The notes beneath the pieces were generated by a model. That model was not told the origin of the DNA and made no database searches. It saw only the letters and a program-made list of their open reading frames with translations. A stretch of DNA of 64,000 bases from a virus (Duplodnaviria > Heunggongvirae > Uroviricota > Caudoviricetes): positions 28,294-92,293 of IMG/VR virus record IMGVR_UViG_3300031760_000004, one strand, 5' to 3'. This document shows, in pieces, positions 54,401 through 63,163 of the stretch. The stretch's first letter is position 1. Each line of letters opens with the position of its first letter. The position numbers and the translations under genes were made by a program.

Positions 54401-55205
54401 AAAGTGCACTGACATCCGCGAGATGGACCTCGCGGACTTCAAGGAGACCGAAGGCGGGAAGAACGCGTCGTGCCCGCTCTGCCCGGCCAGATGGGTGATG
54501 CATTCCCAGGCCGGAATCTGCGACGGCTGCCCAATGAAGGGGTCCAACGGGCCTCTGGACAGCATGTGCGGGCTTCCGCACATGACGGTAGACCATCCGT
54601 ACCGAGTGGTGGACAAGGGGGACGGGGAGACGCGCCACTTCATAGCGTACCCGTACCACACCAACCTGGAGGACATGGAGGCCATCGTCAAGATGTGCAA
54701 GGCGCATCCTGGGCTGCAAGTGGACATCCAGAACGTCAAGGACGGGCACGGACGGTCGTACCGGCTGGACTTCTACTACAGCGAGCATCTTGCCAGGGAA
54801 GAGTACGCGGCGAAGGATGTAGAACATGGGACAGCCGGCGGCGCGAAGCTGTACGCCGCGGTCTGCGACTGCTACGACCCGTCCAAACAGGATAGCCGGT
54901 TCAAGCCGTACATCTTCTGGCGTCGCTCGCCGATTGTAAGCGAATCCGACATGCTGGGTGTGTACAACATGAAGAAGACCGCCAACAAAGAGCTCGTAAA
55001 GCACGCCAAGCGCATCGTCCACAAGATGAACCGCAACGCGGCGATGCTCGGAATCGACCATGCGTCATTCACGGAATACAAGCCAGGCTACATCGAGGTG
55101 TTCGCCGAGTACGACAGGGAGAACCAGGTTAAATGGTCATCCGCGTACATCCTACATGTCGAAGCCTGCGACTTCAACAAGGCCCTGCCGGAGGATGCCA
55201 AGTGA
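54393..55205 (+). CDS. Hypothetical Cys-rich protein
   Basis: 270 aa. CPLCPARW...CDGCP. Confidence 0.5.
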   Translation: MTKKCTDIREMDLADFKETEGGKNASCPLCPARWVMHSQAGICDGCPMKGSNGPLDSMCGLPHMTVDHPYRVVDKGDGETRHFIAYPYHTNLEDMEAIVKMCKAHPGLQVDIQNVKDGHGRSYRLDFYYSEHLAREEYAAKDVEHGTAGGAKLYAAVCDCYDPSKQDSRFKPYIFWRRSPIVSESDMLGVYNMKKTANKELVKHAKRIVHKMNRNAAMLGIDHASFTEYKPGYIEVFAEYDRENQVKWSSAYILHVEACDFNKALPEDAK

Positions 55206-55216
55206 AATTCAGACCG

Positions 55217-56434
55217 ATGATCAACTCGCTTCTCGAGAACGACCTGTACAAGTTCTCGCAGGGGCAGATGATATACCACCAGTTCCCGGAGTACAGGACC
55301 AAATGGGAGTTCCGCTGCCGGAACAAGGACGTGGTGTTCACCGGTGCCATGATACAGGAGATCAACGAGCAGATAGACCATTACTGCAACCTCAGGTTCA
55401 CCGAGGACGAGCTGGACTATCTGAAGTCGATCCGCTGGATAAAGCCAGCATATGTCGACTTTTTGAGACTCTGGCATCCTCGCCGAGAGGACATCATGGT
55501 CGGGGTGAGCCTTGACGACGGTGGTCCTGAAGACGAATGCGGAATGCGCATCTGGGCGGAGGGGTCGTGGCTCAACACGTCACCTCTTGAGGTGCCGATC
55601 CTGGCCATTGTGAACGAAGTGTACTACAGGGAAAAGTGCCGGGATATATATCCGGAACTGGAGGCCTCGTTCATGTATCGGCTGAAAGACAAGGCGGAGT
55701 GGCTTAAGACGCACAACATCGGCTCCTTCTCCGAGTTCGGCCTACGCCGCCGGTTCAGCGGCGAGATGCAGGACAGGGCGGTGGCGCTGCTCAAGAAGTA
55801 CTCCCCGACGTGGCCTGACAGCCACTTCGTGGGCACGTCCAACGTGTACCTCGCGAAAAAGCACTGTCTGACCCCTGTCGGAACCATGGCGCATGAATCG
55901 TTGCAGTGCGTCGGGCAAGGCGACCCGTCGAAGAACCCCGCGTACTCCAACCGGTTCATGATGGAGGCGTGGGTCCGCGAGTTCGGCGTGGACAACGGCA
56001 TCATGCTCACGGACTGCCTGTCGACCGACCTGTTCCTGCTGGACTTCGACCGAAAGTACGCGACGCTGTTCAGCGGCGTTCGCCACGATTCTGGAGACCC
56101 GTTCGAATGGGCCAAGAAGATCCTGAAGCACTACGAGATGCTCGGGATCAATCCGCACACGAAGACCCTGCTGTTCTCGGACAGCCTCAACTTCCAACGT
56201 GCGGAGGCCATCTACTCCAAGTTCAGCGACATCGCGAAGGTGGCGTTCGGCATCGGCACGTACCTGGCCAACGACACGTGTGCCGAGCCACTCAACATCG
56301 TCATGAAGGTGACCCAGTGCAACGGGCGCCCTGTGGCGAAACTGAGCGACACCCCGGGAAAGGGAATCTGCACGAACGCGGAGTACATCGACTATTTGAA
56401 GCGTACAATGGACTGGCGCTTCAACCACCAGTAG
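55217..56434 (+). CDS. pncB: Nicotinate phosphoribosyltransferase (PncB family)
   Basis: N-terminal LLENDLYKFSQGQMIY...EFRCR matches the PncB LLDTDxYKLxM...FR motif. ~405 aa. Alternative GTG start at 55202. Confidence 0.7.
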   Translation: MINSLLENDLYKFSQGQMIYHQFPEYRTKWEFRCRNKDVVFTGAMIQEINEQIDHYCNLRFTEDELDYLKSIRWIKPAYVDFLRLWHPRREDIMVGVSLDDGGPEDECGMRIWAEGSWLNTSPLEVPILAIVNEVYYREKCRDIYPELEASFMYRLKDKAEWLKTHNIGSFSEFGLRRRFSGEMQDRAVALLKKYSPTWPDSHFVGTSNVYLAKKHCLTPVGTMAHESLQCVGQGDPSKNPAYSNRFMMEAWVREFGVDNGIMLTDCLSTDLFLLDFDRKYATLFSGVRHDSGDPFEWAKKILKHYEMLGINPHTKTLLFSDSLNFQRAEAIYSKFSDIAKVAFGIGTYLANDTCAEPLNIVMKVTQCNGRPVAKLSDTPGKGICTNAEYIDYLKRTMDWRFNHQ

Positions 56435-56470
56435 TGGTACAACTACAGCCCATCCAACAGGAGAAGAAAC

Positions 56471-57049
56471 ATGAGTGACAAGACAAAGAAGGTGCTGGTA
56501 GTCGTCGACATGCAGAACGACTTCCTCGAAGGACCCCTCGGAACAGACCACACGCGTGCGTCAATCCCGAACGTCGTGAACCTGATCAAGGGCTGCGCGT
56601 GGGACACGGTGATCCTTACACTGGACACGCACGGCGAGGACTACCTGAAGACACTAGAAGGCGAAAAGCTCCCGGTCGTCCACTGCGTCAACAAATCAGC
56701 GGGGCACAAGGTTTGCCATGAGGTCCGGGACGCAATCCACAGCATGGAGAACGAGATCCCGGATACATTCCAGTGGACCCCAATCATGAAGCGAACGTTC
56801 GGGTCCACAGACCTGATGGCTGAGCTGAGCAGAATTTCTGACTCGGTATCGGGACGCGACATGGAGATTCATTTCTGCGGCGTCTGCACGAGCATCTGCG
56901 TGCTGGCGAACGCCGTGCTGACGCGTGCGTTCACGCCTGACGCCAAGATCGTGATTCACTCGAAGGCATGCGGAGACGTCGACGAGCACACGCACAACCA
57001 CGCTCTGGAGTGTCTTAAGATGCAGCAGTGCGAAGTCGTAGAGGACTAG
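56471..57049 (+). CDS. pncA: Nicotinamidase / isochorismatase-family hydrolase (PncA-like)
   Basis: VLVVVDMQNDF catalytic Asp motif. Cys in FCGVCTSICV. Sits immediately downstream of pncB. Confidence 0.65.
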   Translation: MSDKTKKVLVVVDMQNDFLEGPLGTDHTRASIPNVVNLIKGCAWDTVILTLDTHGEDYLKTLEGEKLPVVHCVNKSAGHKVCHEVRDAIHSMENEIPDTFQWTPIMKRTFGSTDLMAELSRISDSVSGRDMEIHFCGVCTSICVLANAVLTRAFTPDAKIVIHSKACGDVDEHTHNHALECLKMQQCEVVED

Positions 57050-57105
57050 CATAAAACACGCCCGGCCTCCGCACATGCGGGGGTCGGGATAAGGAGATAC
57101 ATGAC

Positions 57106-57468
57106 ATGACAAAGGAAGCAATCGAGAAGCTGGAACCGCTCTGCGCGAGAATCGTGGAGCTCAAGAACCAGAAGGAGCAGGTCGAGAAGGAGCTCAAGGA
57201 GGCCGAGGCCGCCGTCAAGGCCGAGATGAACGCCCAGAACGTTCTATCCGACCTGATAGGCAAGTACACGGTCGAGCTCGTCAAGGTCGCGGCGAGCCGC
57301 ACGGTCGACACCGCCAAGCTCAAGGCTGACGGGCTGTACGACAAGTACTCGAAGCCGAAGGCCGGGTACGACATTCTCAAGGTCGTCGACCCGGACGACG
57401 CCCAGGGCTCCGCACGGCGCGGCCGCCAGGCCGAGCACGCTGAAAAGGCGATGAAGAAGCTGGACTAG
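57106..57468 (+). CDS. Hypothetical coiled-coil protein
   Basis: 120 aa. Ribosome-binding site AAGGAGATACATGACATG. Confidence 0.45.
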   Translation: MTKEAIEKLEPLCARIVELKNQKEQVEKELKEAEAAVKAEMNAQNVLSDLIGKYTVELVKVAASRTVDTAKLKADGLYDKYSKPKAGYDILKVVDPDDAQGSARRGRQAEHAEKAMKKLD

Positions 57469-57470
57469 CC

Positions 57471-57722
57471 ATGCTCAACATGCCTGAAGTGGGAAAGTCG
57501 ACGGACTACGCCAGAGAGGCCGTCGAGGAAGTACTGCTCCAGAGGGACTCCCGTCAGCTGGCCGACTCGATGGCCCAGCTGACGGCCGAGCTCCGGGAGC
57601 TGAAGGACAAAAAGAAGGCGTTCCTCGCTGACATCAACCCCCGCATCAAGGAGCTGGAGGAGCTGATAGAGGAGGAGAACGCGCAGTGGAAGCTGCTCAA
57701 GGGCTCAGAGGAGGGCGCATGA
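57471..57722 (+). CDS. Hypothetical small coiled-coil protein
   Basis: 83 aa. Confidence 0.4.
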   Translation: MLNMPEVGKSTDYAREAVEEVLLQRDSRQLADSMAQLTAELRELKDKKKAFLADINPRIKELEELIEEENAQWKLLKGSEEGA

Positions 57723-57946
57723 GGAACTTCGACAGGTTCGGAAGCCCCGCCCAGGCGTTCCTAACGTGGGCCGACGAGGTGTACGGAATTGACAACCCGC
57801 GTGAACGATACGAACTGGAGGAGGACGACGATGATGAAGTCGTCGACTTCCTGCGTACAGAGGTGTTCCGCAGCGACCAGCTAGCCGACTTCATCGACTG
57901 GCTGTGGGAGGAGGTAAAGAATGGCGAAGAAAAAGGCACCAAATGA
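57719..57946 (+). CDS. Hypothetical small acidic protein
   Basis: Internal Met of ORF 57686..57946. ATGA overlap. Confidence 0.4.
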   Translation: MRNFDRFGSPAQAFLTWADEVYGIDNPRERYELEEDDDDEVVDFLRTEVFRSDQLADFIDWLWEEVKNGEEKGTK

Positions 57947-58217
57947 GCAGAAGGACGACATAGTGTTCGAGGCGTCGTCGTTCCGGAAGGAACACTGCGA
58001 CATGTGCGGTCTGTCCAACATGTACGGAAAATACGGCGTAAAGGTCACGTCGAAGTACGACGACAAGCCGGCGATGATATGCCTGGACTGCTACAACCAC
58101 CGACACGCCCCGTTCATGGCCGGGTATGTGCGCAAGTTCGTGGACACATGTTTTCCGAATCTCGGGAAACACTGGCGCGAGTCTGCCGCTGGTAAAGGAG
58201 CCGAGCATGACGGCTGA
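57921..58217 (+). CDS. Small Cys-rich (zinc-binding-like) protein
   Basis: CDMCG...CLDCYNHRH. Confidence 0.45.
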   Translation: MAKKKAPNEQKDDIVFEASSFRKEHCDMCGLSNMYGKYGVKVTSKYDDKPAMICLDCYNHRHAPFMAGYVRKFVDTCFPNLGKHWRESAAGKGAEHDG

Positions 58218-58428
58218 CGAGTTCAAGAAGAGGAAGCACTGGCGCAAATGCGACCAGCGCTGCTGCAGAAACTGCGGGAACGAGCGGGTCAGGATATGGC
58301 AGGACGGACTAGAGACACGTGTGTCCACCGGATGCGCCGCAAACGGCGAAGTCACAAGAAAGGTGTTCATGACGCAGGACTGGTACGTCTGCGACGCCTG
58401 GAAACCATTGGAGGAGAAGCTGAAATGA
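58207..58428 (+). CDS. Small Cys-rich protein
   Basis: Internal Met of ORF 58126..58428. CDQRCCRNCGN. Confidence 0.4.
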   Translation: MTADEFKKRKHWRKCDQRCCRNCGNERVRIWQDGLETRVSTGCAANGEVTRKVFMTQDWYVCDAWKPLEEKLK

Positions 58429-58856
58429 GCACTCTTGACGAGAAGGTCAAGGACTATGTATTCGGTCGGACGTCCGTTCCGGACGGGAAGACCATGTCCC
58501 TGTGCCAGGTGTGCGGGCAGTTCGAGCCGAAGAAGCTGCTTGTCACCGGGCGCTACGAGGGAGAGAACGCGCTCTGCGGGCACTGCATCGAGAAGAACAA
58601 GGGGCTTGCGTACCTCGTGTGCGAGAAGTGCGGCAAGTTCCTCGGGTTCTACAAGCCTGGGGTTGTGAAGCTCGAGTCCGGAGTGCGCGTGCTTATCGAG
58701 CCGGGCGACACGCTGCACACGGTGTGGTGCTCCCACTGCAACCCGAACGAGCCGTCTGCCGACATCGCCGAGTTCCGCGACATCATGGCCGGGACGCTGA
58801 AGAACGCGCCGGAGACGGACGCGGGGCTGAAGGTCGAGAAGGGAAGCCCGAGTTGA
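58425..58856 (+). CDS. Cys-rich protein with several CxxC pairs
   Basis: CQVCG...CGHC...CEKCG...CSHCNP. Confidence 0.5.
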   Translation: MSTLDEKVKDYVFGRTSVPDGKTMSLCQVCGQFEPKKLLVTGRYEGENALCGHCIEKNKGLAYLVCEKCGKFLGFYKPGVVKLESGVRVLIEPGDTLHTVWCSHCNPNEPSADIAEFRDIMAGTLKNAPETDAGLKVEKGSPS

Positions 58857-59440
58857 ACTGGAAGGAGAAGGCCGAGGCGTTCCGCAAGGCCGGCGGAACC
58901 GCGTCCCAGAAGAGGGACCTCGACTTCATAGGCCGCACGATCCTGAGGGGGCTCGGATGGCCGGAGAGGCGCCTGCCACTGCTCGCGTCAGATCTCGGCA
59001 TCAGCACCGATTCCGTGACCTCAATGGACACGGCCGTGGACGTGCTTAACCAGGTGTCGGAGGGCATGTTCTCGCCGGCGTCCGTCACGCGCAGGTTCTC
59101 CATCGACACCTGCCAGCTGCGCTTCACCAAGGCGTTCCTGGCAGGCTCGAAGGTGGAGGACCGCATGGCGGCCGCGATCCAGATGCCGGAGAACGGCGGG
59201 ATCGTCGCGCTGTTCAGGAACCCGAAGGACGAGAAGAAGTGCGTGGCGGCCGTGTTCCTGCACGAGCCGTCGCAGGGCTACCTGCCAAACTGGCTGCTGA
59301 GGCCGGTGACTACGCTGTGGGCCAGGCGGGACGACCTGCACGCGTCCCTGTGGACCAGGGAGGCGTCGTCGCTGTTCCGCGACATGGCCAGGGACCTTGG
59401 ATGGGCCGTCCCGGAGGCGCCCGTCCCGGAAGAGGAGTGA
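58853..59440 (+). CDS. Hypothetical protein (putative TTG start)
   Basis: Coding-looking C-terminal 196 aa of ORF 58502..59440. Upstream part overlaps the 58425 gene in another frame. Confidence 0.4.
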   Translation: MNWKEKAEAFRKAGGTASQKRDLDFIGRTILRGLGWPERRLPLLASDLGISTDSVTSMDTAVDVLNQVSEGMFSPASVTRRFSIDTCQLRFTKAFLAGSKVEDRMAAAIQMPENGGIVALFRNPKDEKKCVAAVFLHEPSQGYLPNWLLRPVTTLWARRDDLHASLWTREASSLFRDMARDLGWAVPEAPVPEEE

Positions 59441-59449
59441 GGTGAAGAC

Positions 59450-59653
59450 ATGACCAGGAAGAAAACCGAGAAGAAGATCGTGACCGTGTGCTACAGGCAG
59501 CGGCGCGAATGGAGCACCCGCCGCGAGGCGGTGGAGTACTTTCAGGAGGGGATGATGTCGTGCGACCCGATGTCCCACGAGCATCTCCGGTACGAGACCA
59601 TCGTCGACCAGCTGAAGGGAGGGGCCTACTATGCCACTGACGAGGACTGCTAG
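59450..59653 (+). CDS. Hypothetical small protein
   Basis: 67 aa. Ribosome-binding site GGTGAAGACATG. Confidence 0.4.
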   Translation: MTRKKTEKKIVTVCYRQRREWSTRREAVEYFQEGMMSCDPMSHEHLRYETIVDQLKGGAYYATDEDC

Positions 59654-60056
59654 GAGAAGGCGTGTCAGCGGGCCGGCCGTTAAAAGCCCGTGGAAGACAA
59701 ACGGCAAGATGCCGAACCCACTGAAGCAGGGGGTGTCCGTCAAAAAGGAGACCGAGGCCTGGGTGGTTGTGAACGTGAGCGTCGACGGGGTCGAGGGCGA
59801 GGAGAACCTCGTAAACTGCGCCGTGGTGTGCAAGACGCAGAAAGACGCCATGGAGACCGCGTTCGAGAAGGCCTACGGCATCTACCAGGAGTACCTGGAG
59901 GAACTCAAGGCGCGCAATGCGCCTCCGGTGACTTTCAACGAGGTCTGGGAGGAGGTCGACAGATACGACGGCATCGAACGTGAATACGGGTTCGACCCCA
60001 TCTTCAACAAGGTGGCGTACTGCGCCATCAGGGTGGTCAAGGCCGTCGTGGCATAG
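59631..60056 (+). CDS. Hypothetical protein
   Basis: 141 aa. Start uncertain. Confidence 0.45.
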   Translation: MPLTRTARRRRVSGPAVKSPWKTNGKMPNPLKQGVSVKKETEAWVVVNVSVDGVEGEENLVNCAVVCKTQKDAMETAFEKAYGIYQEYLEELKARNAPPVTFNEVWEEVDRYDGIEREYGFDPIFNKVAYCAIRVVKAVVA

Positions 60057-60065
60057 GAGGCTGTA

Positions 60066-60650
60066 ATGATTTCACAGGAAGAATTGGACCTTTGCGCAAA
60101 AATCAGGGAAACCGGCACGGTTAAGATGAAAGAGCGCATCGACCGGCTGTCGGAAGTTGTCGGCATCAAGTGGAATGTCGAAGGCGAGAAGAACTGGGTG
60201 GACCGCGTTGACTCCGTTACCAGAGAGCTGCGTGGCTGCGTGTACTCGTGGATGCATGACACCTACGATCTACTACGCGCAGGTAGAACGGCGTTCATGC
60301 GTCATGGCGTCTCGTTCACGAAGTTCGACCCGAGGTACGGCGGAGACTTCTACGCCACCATGGTTCTTTGGAACGGCTATGACAAACGGGAAGTGGAGAT
60401 AACTGGCCGGTGTACGCCGTATGGCGGCCGGGTCTCGCTGCCGTCAATGGCATGGCACTGGAAGGATGGCATGACGTCAGCTGAGACAATGGACTCTCTA
60501 ACGAAGGACCTGCGATATGTTGACGACCTCACAGACTTTTGCATCCGTTACAAGGCGGCCAAGTCCGAGGTCAACGACATCGAGGTCCAGGAAGGGCTTG
60601 AGCGAGTCGCCAAGTCCCGCCACCAGCTGGAGCTGTTGGAGAAGCTGTAG
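60066..60650 (+). CDS. Hypothetical protein, paralog family member 1 (C-terminus RHQLELLEKL)
   Basis: 194 aa. Shares a C-terminal HQLELL(R/E)KL motif and N-terminal architecture with the 63164 gene. Confidence 0.5.
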   Translation: MISQEELDLCAKIRETGTVKMKERIDRLSEVVGIKWNVEGEKNWVDRVDSVTRELRGCVYSWMHDTYDLLRAGRTAFMRHGVSFTKFDPRYGGDFYATMVLWNGYDKREVEITGRCTPYGGRVSLPSMAWHWKDGMTSAETMDSLTKDLRYVDDLTDFCIRYKAAKSEVNDIEVQEGLERVAKSRHQLELLEKL

Positions 60651-60661
60651 GAGGCTCTGTA

Positions 60662-60853
60662 ATGCTGAAACGCGACGAAGGAGCCGCTATATGCCTGTCG
60701 AAAAGGCATGAAAACGGCTCATACACTCAGATGGAGGGACGTCCTGTAATCGGGCTTCTGGGGGCCATTATCGAGCTCTGGAGGTTCTGGCGTCATCACG
60801 GCACCGGTCTTGATGATTACGACCGATTTGAGCTTAGAATTGTAAGGAGGTAG
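60662..60853 (+). CDS. Hypothetical small protein
   Basis: 63 aa. Confidence 0.35.
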   Translation: MLKRDEGAAICLSKRHENGSYTQMEGRPVIGLLGAIIELWRFWRHHGTGLDDYDRFELRIVRR

Positions 60854-60854
60854 C

Positions 60855-61205
60855 ATGAGCTTTAATGACTGTTTGTCAGGGCTGCCCAAAATCAACTGGG
60901 CCAGGGTCAATCGGGAGAATGCGGAGTATAACGCTGAGTCGTACTGGTGCGTGGTGCACTATGAAACGAACCGCGAATGGCGGCACGGGTACCCGCATGA
61001 CATCACAAAGTATTGGGACAAAACGCACCCAATATGCGGCATGTACAACGCAGAACGCAGGATGAACGGCCTGACCACCGGCGACAAGGGTCTATGGAGG
61101 ATAAGGGAGGTGTCTCCATACGAGCTGGAGCACGACTGCCGCCTCGGCAAGGACAAGTGTGGCAACGACGTCTACACGTTCAACGACCTGCCGTACCCGG
61201 CGTGA
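60855..61205 (+). CDS. Hypothetical protein
   Basis: 116 aa. Ribosome-binding site AAGGAGGTAGCATG. Confidence 0.45.
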   Translation: MSFNDCLSGLPKINWARVNRENAEYNAESYWCVVHYETNREWRHGYPHDITKYWDKTHPICGMYNAERRMNGLTTGDKGLWRIREVSPYELEHDCRLGKDKCGNDVYTFNDLPYPA

Positions 61206-61232
61206 TGCACAACTGTAGGCAGGGGTATAGAC

Positions 61233-61463
61233 ATGCCAAACTTGGAAGATGTTTCAGAGTACATGAAGGGCGTGGTATGCAAGCCTGGCAACGAGGGCGT
61301 GGACTACGACAAGATGTCCGAAAAGTTCCGGAAGCTAATATCCTACACCCTTGGTACGGACAAGTTTGAAATCACCAAGGGGGAAACTCCTGGATCACTC
61401 GTTGTCAGTCTGTCGCCTGAGGCTATCGCGGCATACAATACCTTTATAGGGAGTGATAAATGA
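61233..61463 (+). CDS. Hypothetical small protein
   Basis: 76 aa. Confidence 0.4.
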   Translation: MPNLEDVSEYMKGVVCKPGNEGVDYDKMSEKFRKLISYTLGTDKFEITKGETPGSLVVSLSPEAIAAYNTFIGSDK

Positions 61464-62701
61464 ACTACCTCGCAGGAGATCTGTTCTGCGGTTGCGGTGG
61501 GATGGCCACTGGGGCTATAAACGCACTCGTGAGCCGAGAAATACCGTATGAGTTCTGGGCGGTGAACCACTGGGAACGGGCCGTGCAGACGATGATGGTC
61601 AACCATCCTAACGTCCATGTCTTCGAGGCCGACCTGTCATCGGCCAGGCCCATAGACATCGTTACAGGCGGGAGGCTGAACCACCTGCACGCCAGCCCAT
61701 CGTGTACCCACCACTCGAGAGCCTGCGGCGGACGGCCCAGGAGCGACCAGCTCAGGGCGCAGCCCAACTGGGTGCTGGACTGGCTCGACGACATCAACGT
61801 CGAGCGGCTGTCCATCGAGAACGTTCCAGAGTTCACGACCTGGGGACCTCTGGACGATAACGGGAAGCCGGTAAAGTCGCAGAAGGGTACGCTGTTTGAC
61901 CTGTGGGTAAAGTCCATCGAGGCCCGGAACTACAAGGTAGAGTGGCGTGTCGTCAACTGCGCCGACTACGGCGACGCGACCACAAGAAAACGGTTTTTCC
62001 TGAAGGCCGTTAAGAAAGGGTGCGGGGAAATCCGCTGGCCTACTCCGTCGTACTCCAAGGACGGCTCCACCGGTCTCAAGTGGAGGAGCGTCGGCGAGTG
62101 CCTAGACTTCTCGGACACAGGAACGTCCATATTCGGGCGCAAGAAACCACTCGTGCCAGCGACTTTGGAACGCATCGCCGTGGGTGCCGAGAAGTACTGG
62201 GGTATTGACATAAAGCCGTTCATCGTCAGGATGAACCGCAACTGCTACGCGGAGTCGATAGACGACCCGTGCTCGGCGATCACCACGTCCGGGGCGCACC
62301 ACATGCTGTGCACGCCGATAGTCGTGGATCACTGCAACAACGGTGTGTGCCAGGACGGGTCGGAACCGGCTGGCGTGGTCATGACGCACGACCGGTACTC
62401 TCTGGTGACCCCGATGGTGCTGGGGCAGCAGGGCGGAGCCACGTGCAGGCCGGCTGACGAACCATGCCCGACGCTGTCATGCGCAGGCGCCGTGCGCGGG
62501 ATATTCCCGCAGCTGGCGGACGGAAGGATCATCGACATCCGCATCAGGATGCTTCGTCCAGACGAGCTGGCGAAGGTTCACTCGTTCCCGGACGACTACA
62601 TCATCACTGGAAACCGGTGTGAAAAAGTGAAGCAAATCGGGAACTCGGTTCCCGTCAGGACGGCCGAGGCCATGATGGCCGCCGACCTGGAAGTGGCATA
62701 A
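61460..62701 (+). CDS. DNA (cytosine-5)-methyltransferase family protein with a variant catalytic motif (PSC instead of PCQ)
   Basis: Motif I LFCGCGGMATG. Motif IV region LHASPSCTHHS. Motif VI ENVPEF. Motif X QIGNSVPV. Confidence 0.65.
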   Translation: MNYLAGDLFCGCGGMATGAINALVSREIPYEFWAVNHWERAVQTMMVNHPNVHVFEADLSSARPIDIVTGGRLNHLHASPSCTHHSRACGGRPRSDQLRAQPNWVLDWLDDINVERLSIENVPEFTTWGPLDDNGKPVKSQKGTLFDLWVKSIEARNYKVEWRVVNCADYGDATTRKRFFLKAVKKGCGEIRWPTPSYSKDGSTGLKWRSVGECLDFSDTGTSIFGRKKPLVPATLERIAVGAEKYWGIDIKPFIVRMNRNCYAESIDDPCSAITTSGAHHMLCTPIVVDHCNNGVCQDGSEPAGVVMTHDRYSLVTPMVLGQQGGATCRPADEPCPTLSCAGAVRGIFPQLADGRIIDIRIRMLRPDELAKVHSFPDDYIITGNRCEKVKQIGNSVPVRTAEAMMAADLEVA

Positions 62702-62721
62702 ACGACAAGAAGGAGAAGACC

Positions 62722-63153
62722 ATGAGAATGTTTGAAAAACTGCATGTCGGCACGTATCGCAAGTACGTCACCGACGACGAGTTGAAACGCGCCCAGGAGG
62801 TTTACGACCGTTACGTCAAGTACTGGGACGAGAGCAGATGCGACAAGAGCCGTATGCGCTCCCTGGTTCAATTCCTGCTGGAGGATGTTGAACACGATCA
62901 GCTGGACAGCTTCATCTGGGACAAGGGGCAGCTGGTGAAAACACCAGACGGCAAACTGGGAATGACCATCGGATGGACCAGGATTGGCTACAGCAAGTCG
63001 CACTTCGCAGTGTCGGTCAAAACGGCTAACGGGAACGTGTCGTATCTGGCTGACGCCCTTGAAAAGGCGGATGTGCCGCCGGAGGTCCTCGAGTACGTCA
63101 AGTCGACGCTGCAGGACAAGGTCCACGACAAGGTCGACGAAGCGTTCAAGTAA
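62722..63153 (+). CDS. Hypothetical protein
   Basis: 143 aa. Ribosome-binding site AAGGAGAAGACCATG. Confidence 0.45.
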   Translation: MRMFEKLHVGTYRKYVTDDELKRAQEVYDRYVKYWDESRCDKSRMRSLVQFLLEDVEHDQLDSFIWDKGQLVKTPDGKLGMTIGWTRIGYSKSHFAVSVKTANGNVSYLADALEKADVPPEVLEYVKSTLQDKVHDKVDEAFK

Positions 63154-63163
63154 GGAGCGGACC

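Noticed and set aside
57050-57105. GC-rich imperfect hairpin after pncA (CCCGGCCTCCGCA...TGCGGGGGTCGGG)
   Set aside because: The stem has two mismatches and no T-run, and a ribosome-binding site follows immediately. It is at most a weak attenuator and was not called as a terminator.
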